This document shows, one piece after another, positions 1 to 10,097 of a stretch of DNA of 64,000 nucleotides. The stretch is from NCBI GenBank assembly GCA_964597145.1, contig CAZQWH010000001.1, positions 15,696-79,695 of the forward strand, in the 5' to 3' direction. The notes under the pieces were generated by a model that ran no database searches, was not told the origin of the DNA, and worked only from the letters and a program-made list of their open reading frames with translations. This DNA is from an uncultured Candidatus Saccharibacteria bacterium (GTDB lineage Bacteria; Patescibacteriota; CAZHWT01). Position 1 is the stretch's first letter; the number at the start of each line of letters is the position of its first letter. Both the position numbers and the translations under genes were made by a program.

Positions 1-958
1 CCAAGTTGCCCGACTCTAGGGCGGTAGAAGTACGCTGACTAGCCATCTGAATCGATGACAAACTAACCAGCCCACATACCACTACTACTAATCCTAACCA
101 CGGCCAAAGCCGCCGGTAGGGTATACGCCAAGCCCAGGGTAAGAGAGTAACACCAGCCGCAACTAACCCAATCCAGCCCGACCTGGAGTAGGTATACCAG
201 AGTGCCGCATACCCCAAGGTAAGGCCAAGCCAAGCCACAAACTGTAAGTATTTCTGAGCCGAAACAACCAACAGCCCTAGACTTAGCGGAATAGAAGTAA
301 GGAGGTAGGCTGCCAGCCAGTTAGGCTGCCCAAACGTCGCAAACACCCGGGCCTGAACATCTTGGACCCAACAGTCGGCATTCAACTCGCCTCGCAGTAG
401 CCAGCAACTTGGGCTAAAACCAAAATGCTCAGCCACCGCCCAGGCCGAAATCACAATCGAACTCATCACCCAACTCCATACCAACTTAGCCGTGCGTTGC
501 CTCCGACTGTCAGGGGGTAGTAAGTAAATAAGAGCCAGGTAAAACAACACCACGTACGCCGCCAACGAAGCTAAGCCGCCATGAAAGCGGGAGTAGTACC
601 CCATGATCGAGGTGTAAAGGTCTATGCTCAAAATAGTCGACACCACCAAAACTAGGCTATATATAACTAAAGGGCGACTCAAGGGATGTACCGCAATAGT
701 GAGTTTAGATTGGGTCAGGCTTTTGCCAAAAAGTAGACCCAGGCCCAGTATCGCCAGAAAATAAACCCAGACCATTTTGGGAAATTCGAACAACTCGTGG
801 CTTAACGGACTGAACAGGAGTGGGGTTACGGCGATGGATAGAAGCAAGACCGTTTCTATGCCTTGGTCTAGCCAGCTAAAGTGGTGGGCTAGCACAGGTG
901 TAGAATTGGTCGGCGAGGGAGTAAGTTGAGATGGTCTGGTAGACTTTGGCGTATTCAT
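1..958 (-). CDS. O-antigen ligase / Wzy_C-like polytopic membrane protein (5' part; C-terminus lies beyond the window start)
   Basis: My own reverse-strand translation from the ATG at 956-958 gives a multi-TM protein with the motif ...ATFGQPNWLAAYLL...YTYSRSGW..., typical of O-antigen ligase/Wzy_C family proteins. It is absent from the supplied ORF track because it runs off the window edge. Confidence 0.5.
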   Translation of the reverse strand, partial: MNTPKSTRPSQLTPSPTNSTPVLAHHFSWLDQGIETVLLLSIAVTPLLFSPLSHELFEFPKMVWVYFLAILGLGLLFGKSLTQSKLTIAVHPLSRPLVIYSLVLVVSTILSIDLYTSIMGYYSRFHGGLASLAAYVVLFYLALIYLLPPDSRRQRTAKLVWSWVMSSIVISAWAVAEHFGFSPSCWLLRGELNADCWVQDVQARVFATFGQPNWLAAYLLTSIPLSLGLLVVSAQKYLQFVAWLGLTLGYAALWYTYSRSGWIGLVAAGVTLLPWAWRIPYRRLWPWLGLVVVVCGLVSLSSIQMASQRTSTALESGNL

Positions 959-1211
959 TGACGATAATCCTTGACTCATTGTACTATGTTGACTGAAGTT
1001 CAATCGATGCATTGGTCCGCTTCTTACCGTAAGGCCCACCTATCCGTGCTCCTGCTTGCTTAAATACAGCTCGCATGTCGGATTTTGGTCATCCGTGGGC
1101 CGAAGAAGGCATTATTCTAGGTCGAAATGCGTAAAGCCAAAATACCTAAATAACATCCAGGCGCATCCATTGTCTCTCTCTAACTATGTCAGATAACATA
1201 GGAGTCCACTC

Positions 1212-1757
1212 TTGCCACTGTCCCGCTCTTTATTGACTCTAGTTGACGAAGCAATTATTCCGGCACTTATTATTTTTGGGGCCAAACTCATTGGCCTGGT
1301 CGTCGCTAATTTTTGGTATGATCTTTCTTGGGATGTCGGGAGCGGCCAATCGTCATTTTTCCCGCTGTTAGTCTACCGCTCCGAAGAAGCGTTTTTGCAA
1401 GCTAATACCTTGTCTAATATTTTTGTATTAAGCGTCATTTTACTCGGGCTCCTCTGGGTGCTCATCCGTGCTCATGCCTTTCATGGCTCACATATATCAC
1501 CCAAGCTATCGGTTTCTCTCGTCCAAAAACAATTAACCGGCTTGGTTATCCATAGCTGGGAGCTATACCACCAGGCCGTAATTTGGCTAGCCTACTTATG
1601 GTTGGGCCTTATCCTATTTACCATTCAAGCGATTTATGGGGTAAGTGAATGGTGGCTCTCCATAGTTGGCCTCATTATAGCGCTGATTTTTAGCTGGTTA
1701 TTAATTGTTGATGTTGAGAAAGAAATTGCGATTCGTCGTGAACATGAAAATAGGTAA
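1212..1757 (+). CDS. hypothetical polytopic membrane protein
   Basis: 181-aa ORF with several hydrophobic segments. No recognisable catalytic motif. Confidence 0.45.
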   Translation: MPLSRSLLTLVDEAIIPALIIFGAKLIGLVVANFWYDLSWDVGSGQSSFFPLLVYRSEEAFLQANTLSNIFVLSVILLGLLWVLIRAHAFHGSHISPKLSVSLVQKQLTGLVIHSWELYHQAVIWLAYLWLGLILFTIQAIYGVSEWWLSIVGLIIALIFSWLLIVDVEKEIAIRREHENR

Positions 1758-1769
1758 TGAATTGGGTAT

Positions 1770-2561
1770 ATGAAATCTAAACTTGCTGCCGTCGTTTTAA
1801 ATAGTGGATTACTAATTGTCGTTGTCGTCTTACTGTCGGCACCACTACTAATGGGACAATTGCTCGGTGAGTTTGAAAGTGGAGCTCTGGGCATAACCAC
1901 CACCAGTCCATCTACCGCTAATTCAGCAACAACTACCGCTGCCAATGGCATCGCTGTCTATCCCAATCTCACCGATTTTACCCAATACGCGGCTTTTGCC
2001 GACCAACCAGAGTCTGGCCCAAACACCTACCAAACAGCAGTAACTTTTACCGCGTTTGCTGGCCAGCAAGCAGCCTACAATTCGTTATTCACAGTCTATA
2101 ATACCAGCAATAAAGCACTGTCAGTTTCAGTTGAGGGAGGAAAGCTAAGCGCCCCTCTGCCGGGGTCGCAGGTTTGGCTGAGCATCATTCCCGATGGTGG
2201 CATAGCTTCTACCTTAGTCACCGAAGCCGCCAAAGCAGGTAGTACTCAGATCCGGCTAGCTCAGACTGCTGGGTTTAAACATGGCAAAATAGTTGCGAAT
2301 GACCAAATATTGAGTGTAGACACCACTTTACCTACCGCAGTTACGCTCGTTTCGCCTCTCAAATCTGAATTGGATGTAGGCCAGCGGGTTTATTTTGGTC
2401 CAGTGTATTACAGCCAATCAGTTACTGCCTCTCCAAGTAGCTCCCACACCATTCAATTGCAACCTCAGCAAAAAGCCACCATTAATTTAGCTGTTGCAAC
2501 TGTTGCCGGCCAAACAGCCACCAGCCAGTCGGTGATACCGATTATAATTCGCGCCCAATAA
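1770..2561 (+). CDS. hypothetical secreted/anchored Thr/Ala/Ser-rich protein
   Basis: N-terminal signal-anchor (MKSKLAAVVLNSGLLIVVVVLLSAPLL) followed by low-complexity T/A/S-rich sequence. It starts 13 nt after the preceding ORF, so the two are likely co-transcribed. Confidence 0.45.
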   Translation: MKSKLAAVVLNSGLLIVVVVLLSAPLLMGQLLGEFESGALGITTTSPSTANSATTTAANGIAVYPNLTDFTQYAAFADQPESGPNTYQTAVTFTAFAGQQAAYNSLFTVYNTSNKALSVSVEGGKLSAPLPGSQVWLSIIPDGGIASTLVTEAAKAGSTQIRLAQTAGFKHGKIVANDQILSVDTTLPTAVTLVSPLKSELDVGQRVYFGPVYYSQSVTASPSSSHTIQLQPQQKATINLAVATVAGQTATSQSVIPIIIRAQ

Positions 2562-2673
2562 GTTTTCGTCATACACATAAAGTCTGCCAAGTTCTCGATA
2601 GTAGCAGCCACACGTTTGTTTTATTGCCCTATAGTTGTTATAATTCTCAGAAATAACCCAGTCAGTATTTTTA

Positions 2674-4431
2674 ATGGAAGATAACCTGCCCACCACTTCC
2701 AATACCATTCTCTCTCAACCTGGCTCAGTTTCGGATCTGGGCTGGGAGAGAAGGCATACAAGCGCGGTAGCGTTACCGCCCCTGTTTTTCCCAGAAGGAG
2801 ACGAGACAGTGGATACGGAACAGTTCCCACTTCCAGTCCATGCACTCTTTGACAACTTACTTGGCTTAGTGACTCCGGCAGGTGTTGTCGCTTCGCGCGA
2901 CCCCAATTATGGGGCAGGAGTCTTTAGTCGTGACTTCTTCCTCGAGGTCTTAGACATCGATCCGTGGATGCCGAGCTTTATTACCAAAGGTCTTTACCAC
3001 GCCGCCAGTTATATCGCCCGAACTAAAGACGAACTGTCCGAAGCTCGAGGCTTTGGCCATCCGGCCCATGAAGTCCGCTTCGAATATCTCGGCCCAGCTC
3101 GAGTCAATCAGGCCAATCGCGAAATTATCCAGAAATTAGGCCCTCAGTGGTATGGGCATGATGATGAGTTGTTCTATTACGGGGCAGCCGACGTCATCCC
3201 TCAGTTTGTACGAGTTGCACTCAAACACGTCCAAACACACCACGACAAAATTCTGCAGCAAGAGATTCGCCATATCCATGCGCCAGCCGATCCCACCAAA
3301 TGCGTGGCGGGCAAGGATACGTATCTGCTTCGCGATATCGTGCTGGCCAATGTTCGGCTACTGGTCGAACAAATCCAAGAATCATCGTCGGGATTGTACG
3401 AGTTCTATCGCACCAATCCTGTAGGGCACAAGTGGAAGGTTATGCGCGATGGTGCACTGTCGCTCATGCATCCCGATGGTACGTTGGCTAATACCAATGA
3501 CCGCATTGCGACCGTTGAGCTTCAAGGCTTAGCCTACGATGCGCTAAAGTTGGCATCCAACTTCTTTGCTGCCGAATTGCCGAAAGAATCAGCAGTCTGG
3601 CAAGAATTAGCCCGCCAATTGCAACGTGCCACAATGGATAGGCTCTGGATTGAGGTTGGTGGTAACGAGGGCTACTTCGCCCTTGGCCTAGACCACAATC
3701 CGGTGACTGGAGAACTACGCCAGATCCAGACCGACAGCTCCGCTCAGTTCGAGTTGTTGGAGACCACCATCTTCGACGACCTACCAGAGAGCGAGCAGGT
3801 CTACCGTATTGGCAATCTAATGCGGCGACAGCGCTCGGCAGAATTCCTAGCTGCGCCGGGGTTGCTGATGACCTCGAAGATTCACCGTCGGGCCATGCCT
3901 CCTGGGTATACCGACTATCAATGGGACGAAACTGCCTGGGGCGTGACGAACCATATCGTGGCACGGGGTAACGATTACCAGGGGTTTAGCCCTTTGGGAA
4001 CCGACCTGCGTAACCGCCAGGTGAATGCCTGTGCCGTCGCCGGTAAGGTGCGGGAATACTTCTATGTCATCGACGATATAACGTACTACCGTTACCGAGG
4101 GCTAGAGGAAGGTGAGCAAGCCAGTGTCAAGCGGCCGGTGATAGTAGCCACTAACCAGCCCGAAGGCGGGCAGGGTTTTACCTTGAGTGGATTGTTGCGG
4201 GCCTACTTTATGCGGGTTAATCCTGTTGAGTTGCCTCAAGCACCACAGGCACAAGCGCCGTGGCGACAGGAGCTGCTGGAGCAATTGTTGCGCAAACAAC
4301 CGGTGATGGAATTGCTGAGCAAAGAGGCGGCTGACCTAATCCATCATCATTCGCCAATTGCCGCAATTGATACCGATCGAGGCAGACAGATTGTTGACGA
4401 ATTGTTAGAACAGGCTGGATACTCAGTCTAA
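2674..4431 (+). CDS. alpha/alpha-toroid (six-hairpin) glycosidase-like protein, GH15 / amylo-alpha-1,6-glucosidase-like
   Basis: 585-aa cytoplasmic ORF. The segment DPNYGAGVFSRDFFLEVLDIDPWMP and the overall composition resemble six-hairpin glycoside hydrolases. The family assignment is tentative. Confidence 0.4.
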   Translation: MEDNLPTTSNTILSQPGSVSDLGWERRHTSAVALPPLFFPEGDETVDTEQFPLPVHALFDNLLGLVTPAGVVASRDPNYGAGVFSRDFFLEVLDIDPWMPSFITKGLYHAASYIARTKDELSEARGFGHPAHEVRFEYLGPARVNQANREIIQKLGPQWYGHDDELFYYGAADVIPQFVRVALKHVQTHHDKILQQEIRHIHAPADPTKCVAGKDTYLLRDIVLANVRLLVEQIQESSSGLYEFYRTNPVGHKWKVMRDGALSLMHPDGTLANTNDRIATVELQGLAYDALKLASNFFAAELPKESAVWQELARQLQRATMDRLWIEVGGNEGYFALGLDHNPVTGELRQIQTDSSAQFELLETTIFDDLPESEQVYRIGNLMRRQRSAEFLAAPGLLMTSKIHRRAMPPGYTDYQWDETAWGVTNHIVARGNDYQGFSPLGTDLRNRQVNACAVAGKVREYFYVIDDITYYRYRGLEEGEQASVKRPVIVATNQPEGGQGFTLSGLLRAYFMRVNPVELPQAPQAQAPWRQELLEQLLRKQPVMELLSKEAADLIHHHSPIAAIDTDRGRQIVDELLEQAGYSV

Positions 4432-4472
4432 CCTAGTAAGTTGAAGCTAGGTAATGGATGAGAAACAGCCAA

Positions 4473-4505
4473 TGGCACTACAAAGCTATTTGTAGTGCCA
4501 TTTTC
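4473..4505. terminator. bidirectional rho-independent terminator between convergent genes
   Basis: Hairpin ggcactacaaagctatttgtagtgcc followed by ATTTT. It lies between the + gene ending at 4431 and the - gene ending at 4553. Confidence 0.55.
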
Positions 4506-4552
4506 ACTGTTAAATCCACTTGTTATCTATAGTTAAAATGGCCAGAAAGGGT

Positions 4553-5434
4553 TTAGAGGGATTGCAAAAAGTTGCCTAAATCTTTTGGCGCATTAACAAA
4601 CGTCAACAATTCATGACCATACACGTATCCTAAAACCGTATTTCTCTCAGGTCCATCCGGGCCCACTAAAACTCTGTACCGGGCTTCCATGTTAAGCATA
4701 TCAACGTCATTAATGGCATTGCCAGCGACCAGCAGGTTGCGTTCGTATATGCCAAAATATTTACACATATAATCAATCGCCCGCGCCTTGGTTACCTCGC
4801 GCTTTATATATTCAATATAACCATCCTGAAAGATAGTCTTAATTGAGCCGCCAGTAAAGTTAAGGCTCAAATTTTCAACATGAATAAAATCTTTAAGTTT
4901 AAGCGTCACATTGCTCACGGTTGTGGCTAAAAGTCGCTCCTTAACCTCAATCAATGAGCCGCTAAAGACCTCTGCGTACCAGCCACGCTGTTTGCGGGTC
5001 AATTCAACATCGCTTGGCTCTGGGCACCAGATCTGGGATTTATCTTTAAGATCAGGCGGGTTAAAAGCCAGGAATTGCACCATATCAACATTAAGTCCAG
5101 TAAATTCAATCAGCTTATCAATATCTGCCTTGTTAAACTGTGACTCAACCACCACCTCACCATTCTTTTTAACAATTTTTGCACCATGCTCAACCGAAAT
5201 AAGCGCATCATCGCTCACCACTTCGTCAAAACATTCACCTAATTTTTCTCGCACCCGCACATACGGTCTTCCAGTAGAAATTGTAGTAATAACGTCATAC
5301 TTACGCAAATGCGCTATTCCTTTACGAACTTCAGGCGGAGGACTCTTAGCTCCCCGAGGGATAATGGTGCCGTCAATATCAAAAACCGCTAGTTGGGGTG
5401 GATGAAGATCCGAGGGATTTTTTTTGGTGGACAT
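4553..5434 (-). CDS. HAD-superfamily hydrolase, subfamily IIB (Cof-like sugar-phosphatase type)
   Basis: Motif I FDIDGTI, motif II TGR, and C-terminal GNAINDVDML (the GDxxND-type motif IV). Confidence 0.7.
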   Translation of the reverse strand: MSTKKNPSDLHPPQLAVFDIDGTIIPRGAKSPPPEVRKGIAHLRKYDVITTISTGRPYVRVREKLGECFDEVVSDDALISVEHGAKIVKKNGEVVVESQFNKADIDKLIEFTGLNVDMVQFLAFNPPDLKDKSQIWCPEPSDVELTRKQRGWYAEVFSGSLIEVKERLLATTVSNVTLKLKDFIHVENLSLNFTGGSIKTIFQDGYIEYIKREVTKARAIDYMCKYFGIYERNLLVAGNAINDVDMLNMEARYRVLVGPDGPERNTVLGYVYGHELLTFVNAPKDLGNFLQSL

Positions 5435-5612
5435 ACCTATCGATAGTAGCAGGTTGAATTTTACGCTGTCAATTTTCTGTCTGAGAAATACCTCGCTAAC
5501 CGGTTATAATACAGAGAAGGATAGGCTCGGTAGCATAGCCAATTTTTTATAGCAGCTGCTTTGAGGCCATCAATCGCAAGGCACTCCTTTAGCCTCCTGC
5601 TATAATACAGCC

Positions 5613-6536
5613 ATGCGTGTGCTGTATTTTCTTCTTGTTTCTCTCCGTCCGCGCCAATGGCTTAAAAATAGTGTCATATTTACGGCGCTGTTTTTAGGTG
5701 GATGGCTGTTTGATTTAGACCGGTTACAAGCAGTTTGGATGACATTTATTGTCTTTTGTTTGGCTGCTAGCGGCATGTATTTAATAAACGATGTTTTAGA
5801 CAGACATCGCGACCGGCTGCATCCCACCAAAAAAAAGCGACCCATTGCCTCGGGCACATTACCCATCTCGGTAGCCATCGTCACTTCGGTCCTATTATTG
5901 GCTATCTCGGTAGCCTTAGCCTGGGACATCCATCGCACCTTATTGGCCATGTTGGGTGGCTATGTCTTTTTACAAATTGCCTACAGTCTATTTTTTAAGC
6001 ACACCATTATTATAGATGCACTCTTAATCGCCTTAGGGTTTGTGATTAGAGTGTATGCTGGCGCATTTGTAATAGCCGAACCACTCTCTGCTTGGCTGCT
6101 CCTGTCGGTTGCTGCTGGCGCCTGGTTCTTGGCCCTTGGTAAACGCCGGAGCGAGCTAACCCTGATGGGGCATCGGGTAGCCAGCGAACACCGTTCCACC
6201 TTACTCCATTATCCAGAAATTTTGCTCGACAGTCTCACCACTATGTCTGCCACAGCCACGGTCGTATTTTTCTGCATGTACACTTTTTTGAGCGGCAAGC
6301 AGGGCTTAAGCTTTTTAGCAGCCTTTCTACCTTCCACTCTCGAAGCACCAAAAATTCTCATGCTGACCATCCCATTTGTGCTGTATGGCGTGGCTAGATA
6401 CTTATACATAATTTATGAAAAGAAAGAGGCCGATTCACCCGAAGTGGCCTTACTTCGTGACATCCCCTTGCTTGTCGATGTCTTGCTCTTAATCGGCTTA
6501 ACCTATCTCATAATTTATGGGATCGGTACAGTATAG
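5613..6536 (+). CDS. UbiA-family prenyltransferase, decaprenyl-phosphate phosphoribosyltransferase-like
   Basis: N-terminal RPRQWLKN box, NDVLDRHRD (NDxxDxxxD) motif, and about 8 predicted TM segments. Confidence 0.7.
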   Translation: MRVLYFLLVSLRPRQWLKNSVIFTALFLGGWLFDLDRLQAVWMTFIVFCLAASGMYLINDVLDRHRDRLHPTKKKRPIASGTLPISVAIVTSVLLLAISVALAWDIHRTLLAMLGGYVFLQIAYSLFFKHTIIIDALLIALGFVIRVYAGAFVIAEPLSAWLLLSVAAGAWFLALGKRRSELTLMGHRVASEHRSTLLHYPEILLDSLTTMSATATVVFFCMYTFLSGKQGLSFLAAFLPSTLEAPKILMLTIPFVLYGVARYLYIIYEKKEADSPEVALLRDIPLLVDVLLLIGLTYLIIYGIGTV

Positions 6537-6539
6537 ATC

Positions 6540-6974
6540 ATGTTAAACTCCGTCCACGTTATCGCCGCCGCCGCCATTGTTGTGGCCATACCTAACCCCG
6601 CGGCTTCTCTGCCACTAGCTTTTGCTAGCCATATTGCCCTAGATACTATTCCCCATTGGAACTGGAGTCCCGGTAAATCACCAGCCGGTAAAGCGGCTTC
6701 GGTAGCCGATGGGGTGGTGGCACTTATAATAATTGGATTATTGTACGGGTACCTAGAATATAATTGGGTGATGCTTGCCGCTGGGCTATTAGCCATGCTT
6801 CCAGATATCATTCAAGCCCCCTACCATTTCTGGAATTGGCAACCACATTGGCTGCAGGTATTTATAGATTGGGAAAGTAAGCGCCAAAAATGGCCCTGGA
6901 TGCAACCCTGGATGGGCATAATGACCCAAGCGGTAGTGGTAATTGCTGCTGGGTTGATCTTATTGTCAATCTAA
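6540..6974 (+). CDS. hypothetical membrane protein, translationally coupled to the UbiA gene
   Basis: Its start lies 4 nt after the UbiA stop. Hydrophobic segments and a Trp-rich C-terminus. Confidence 0.45.
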   Translation: MLNSVHVIAAAAIVVAIPNPAASLPLAFASHIALDTIPHWNWSPGKSPAGKAASVADGVVALIIIGLLYGYLEYNWVMLAAGLLAMLPDIIQAPYHFWNWQPHWLQVFIDWESKRQKWPWMQPWMGIMTQAVVVIAAGLILLSI

Positions 6975-7106
6975 AAAATAAGATGTGAGAAATAGCCCAG
7001 ATTAAGCTATAGCCAGTTTTTATGGCCAGCGCCTCCAAAAATAGCGGTCACAAGCAGGTTAACTTAGTGCTCTGGCCTTAGGGGTTAACTAAAGCCAGAG
7101 TCGTGC

Positions 7107-7412
7107 TCATTTTGTCTTGTCTAGATGCCGCTCGTAGTAGTTGTGTAGTCGCTTGGAGGTAACCATGATAAAAACAATGAGGCTGGCGATGACATAGGTG
7201 GTGTACCCGATGGCAAGAAGTATGTCTCCCCAAGTCGGATAGTCAGATGCTATGCCCAATACCGATACGCCGATAAAAAGGATGCCAGCCAAGGTATATA
7301 ATTTGATAGCCAGGTTAGCATTGCGTTCAATCTCGAACCAATCGAAGAATGCCTCCATCGCCTTGACCAGCCAATCCGTTGCCACCACAACAAGGTCTCT
7401 TTTAGGTTCCAT
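7107..7412 (-). CDS. small hypothetical membrane protein
   Basis: 101-aa ORF with two hydrophobic helices. Confidence 0.35.
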   Translation of the reverse strand: MEPKRDLVVVATDWLVKAMEAFFDWFEIERNANLAIKLYTLAGILFIGVSVLGIASDYPTWGDILLAIGYTTYVIASLIVFIMVTSKRLHNYYERHLDKTK

Positions 7413-7504
7413 GCCAAACTCTCTTTCTACGTCTCTCTCTGATACGGTGGGTGGATACTATAGTATCCAAATCGAAGTGTCAAATGGTGTTGTGGCGTGT
7501 AAGT

Positions 7505-8596
7505 CTAGGAAGTAATCCGGCTTTTCTGGCGGGCGATAAGATACGATACAGTGAGGAAGGTAGCCACAATCACCACGCCAATAATCACAAAGGCGTAAAT
7601 CTTTTGTTTGCCTGAAAAAGCCAGGGCTAAGATGCCAAAGATGCCCGTTACCATCCAGTAGATTAAGACTATTTGCCGTTTAGACAAACCAAAATCGAGC
7701 AATTTATGATAAAGGTGGCTGCGGTCACCCCAAATTGGCAATTTACCTTGGGCCAACCGGCGGATAACGGTAATAATTCCATCAATCGTGGGAATACCCA
7801 ACACTAAAATAGCCGCAGCTAGTTTGGCTCCAGACAACATCGAGAGCGTTGCCAATAATAGCCCTAAAAATGACGAGGCACCATATCCAGGCAATTGTCT
7901 CTCCGGAGGAAAGTTGAACGGCAAAAATCCTAAGGCGCAACCAGCTAAAATAAAACACAGGGTAGCGGTGGTGTATTGCATGGGATTGCCGGCCGTAAAT
8001 TGCAACGCCACACCAGCTAAGGTAAAGGCCGCAATAGCCGAGATACCAGACAGTTGCCCTCCAATGCCTTTAGACCAATTGAGCGAGTTAATTAACCACA
8101 TAATCCACAGCAAAGCCAAACCATCAGCCAGGGGATGAATGGTAAACATCCAGCCTCCAGCCTCCAACTTCCAACTAAGTTGGTTTAAATAAATCAACCA
8201 GTTCTTATCGGTAACTGCCGCGAAAGGGTTGGTCACCCAGGGAATAGTAATCCCAGCCAAAATAATAATTACAGCCGAAATACCCAATGTGCCCAATCGA
8301 ACAATCGGATGAATGCTGCGCTTATCATCCATAGTCCCAACCAGCACGTTTAACCCAGCCGCCACAAGTATAGCCCACAATTGTGGCGTCATTGGCACCA
8401 ATAAAACGGACCCAATCACGAACGCCATATACATCGCAATCCCGCCTCCGCGCGGTAACGGCTTCGATTGCAAGACCCCTGGATGATCTGGCTTAGCGTA
8501 ATCGATTAAGTCAAAGTGCCGAGCCAAGCCTAGGGCGATGGGGGTAAAGAGCACCGTCAGGCCAAAAGCAAGCAGGGTGGCAAATGCATATTCCAT
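7505..8596 (-). CDS. glycosyltransferase family 4, polyprenyl-phosphate N-acetylhexosamine-1-phosphate transferase (WecA/MraY-like)
   Basis: MEYAFATLLAFGLTVLFTPIALGLARHFDLIDYAKPDHPGVLQSKPLPRGGGIAMY... is a typical MraY/WecA topology. I chose the ATG at 8594-8596 as the start rather than the longer track ORF, which begins at 8731. Confidence 0.75.
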   Translation of the reverse strand: MEYAFATLLAFGLTVLFTPIALGLARHFDLIDYAKPDHPGVLQSKPLPRGGGIAMYMAFVIGSVLLVPMTPQLWAILVAAGLNVLVGTMDDKRSIHPIVRLGTLGISAVIIILAGITIPWVTNPFAAVTDKNWLIYLNQLSWKLEAGGWMFTIHPLADGLALLWIMWLINSLNWSKGIGGQLSGISAIAAFTLAGVALQFTAGNPMQYTTATLCFILAGCALGFLPFNFPPERQLPGYGASSFLGLLLATLSMLSGAKLAAAILVLGIPTIDGIITVIRRLAQGKLPIWGDRSHLYHKLLDFGLSKRQIVLIYWMVTGIFGILALAFSGKQKIYAFVIIGVVIVATFLTVSYLIARQKSRITS

Positions 8597-8754
8597 AGAC
8601 TTTAAGTATAGCAGGCATAGAATAGAAATTGAGGGTAAAGCCTGCCAATAATTACCCCCAGCCCCAAAGCCAACCTCAAGCTCACCCCACCCACTCCATC
8701 TCAACCACCGTATCCGAGAATACCCAAACAAAACAATTCATCACAAATTTTAAA

Positions 8755-8821
8755 TCAAGCAACCTAGGTTCAAACACATTTAACCTCGGGGGTTAAACAG
8801 CTTTGAACCTAGGTTGCTTGA
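8755..8821. repeat. solo REPIN-like palindromic element (arm-core-arm)
   Basis: Perfect 20-bp inverted arms tcaagcaacctaggttcaaa / tttgaacctaggttgcttga flank the core ttaacctcgggggttaaa. The same arm and core sequences flank the RAYT gene at 27847-28723. Confidence 0.7.
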
Positions 8822-8957
8822 TTGAGTTGAAATGGATAAGAATCCGAGGTTGCCTGGGAGGAGATAGTCAAGCAGCCAGCATTATTCATAATGGTGTTTA
8901 ATGAGCTATAGTGTAAGATGAGGGAGGGTTGAATGCACCAATTGAGAGGAGTACGTA

Positions 8958-9845
8958 ATGAAGATTAAAAAAGCGGTTATTCCTGCCGCTGGCATGGGGA
9001 CTCGATTCTTGCCTGCTACCAAATCGATGCCTAAAGAAATGTTGCCCGTATTAGATAAGCCGGTAATTCAATATGTGGTAGAAGATGCGGTTAGCGCTGG
9101 GGTGGAAGACGTCGTTATTGTAACCGGTTGGCACAAGCGGGCGATTGAAGACCACTTTGACTATCCGTTTGAATTATTAGAACGGTTAAAAGAAGCGGGA
9201 AAGCTAGATCAGCGCGAGGAATTAATGAAGATTGCTAACCTAGCCAATTTTATTTATCTGCGCCAAAAAGGCCACTTAGGCAATGCCACACCTATTCTAA
9301 ACGCCGCGCCGATTATGGGCGATGAGCCATTCCTGTGCCTGTGGGCCGATGATTTCTTTGTGGCCAGTCCAACGCGATCACAACAGCTCGTAACTGCGTA
9401 CCAAGAGTTTAAAACCCCCATCCTTTCCGCCATTCAAACCGACAACCCAGAAGATACGAAAAAGTATGCTTTTGTGGGCGGCGATGAAGTTCGACCTGGA
9501 GTAGTAAAAGTCCGGGAAATTGTCGAAAAGCCGGGGCCAAATCATAAACTCAGCAATCTTGGCATTGTCTCAGGCTATGTGTTTACCCCAGATTTTGTTC
9601 ACCATATGAGTGCGATTAAACCAACCAAAGGTCAGGAGCTAGTCTATGTTGAAGGGTTACAAAGCATGCTAGATGCCGGACTGCCTATCTATGCTATTCA
9701 AATTACCAATGGTCGGTATTATGACTGCGGAAATAAATTAGAGTATCTAAAAGCCAATATTGAACTAGGCCTAAACCGAAAAGACTTTAGCAGTGAGTTG
9801 CGGGAATATTTAACTGGACTAAAAATAAAAAACGCTACTAAATAA
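8958..9845 (+). CDS. galU: UTP--glucose-1-phosphate uridylyltransferase
   Basis: MKIKKAVIPAAGMGTRFLPATKSMPKEMLPVLDKPVIQYVVEDA is a canonical GalU N-terminus. Confidence 0.9.
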   Translation: MKIKKAVIPAAGMGTRFLPATKSMPKEMLPVLDKPVIQYVVEDAVSAGVEDVVIVTGWHKRAIEDHFDYPFELLERLKEAGKLDQREELMKIANLANFIYLRQKGHLGNATPILNAAPIMGDEPFLCLWADDFFVASPTRSQQLVTAYQEFKTPILSAIQTDNPEDTKKYAFVGGDEVRPGVVKVREIVEKPGPNHKLSNLGIVSGYVFTPDFVHHMSAIKPTKGQELVYVEGLQSMLDAGLPIYAIQITNGRYYDCGNKLEYLKANIELGLNRKDFSSELREYLTGLKIKNATK

Positions 9846-9850
9846 GAATT

Positions 9851-9880
9851 GAGCCCCAAAGTGTAAACACTTTGGGGCTC
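9851..9880. terminator. bidirectional terminator hairpin
   Basis: gagccccaaagtgtaaacactttggggctc. A T-run follows on the minus strand and an A-run precedes on the plus strand. It lies between convergent galU and the small GC-rich gene. Confidence 0.55.
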
Positions 9881-9896
9881 TACTGTAACCGCCAAA

Positions 9897-10097
9897 CTAC
9901 CGGTCGTAGTCGTCGAAGTCGACGACCTCGTCGCGATGGTCCTCGCGCCGTCGTTCTTGCTCCTCCTCCAGCTCCTGAGGAGTGAACCATCCTTGACGAC
10001 CATTAGCTGCGCCGAAGCGTCGGCCATCATCGACGTCGATGATGCCTCGCCGGTTACCCTCGAAGTCGTCAGTGGTCCGACAAAATCCAGTAGCCAT
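9897..10097 (-). CDS. small highly acidic hypothetical protein (GC-rich island)
   Basis: A strong Shine-Dalgarno AAGGAG lies 7 nt before ATG (MATGFCRTTDDFEGNRRG...EEEQERRREDHRDEVVDFDDYDR). Local GC is far above its surroundings. Confidence 0.45.
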   Translation of the reverse strand: MATGFCRTTDDFEGNRRGIIDVDDGRRFGAANGRQGWFTPQELEEEQERRREDHRDEVVDFDDYDR

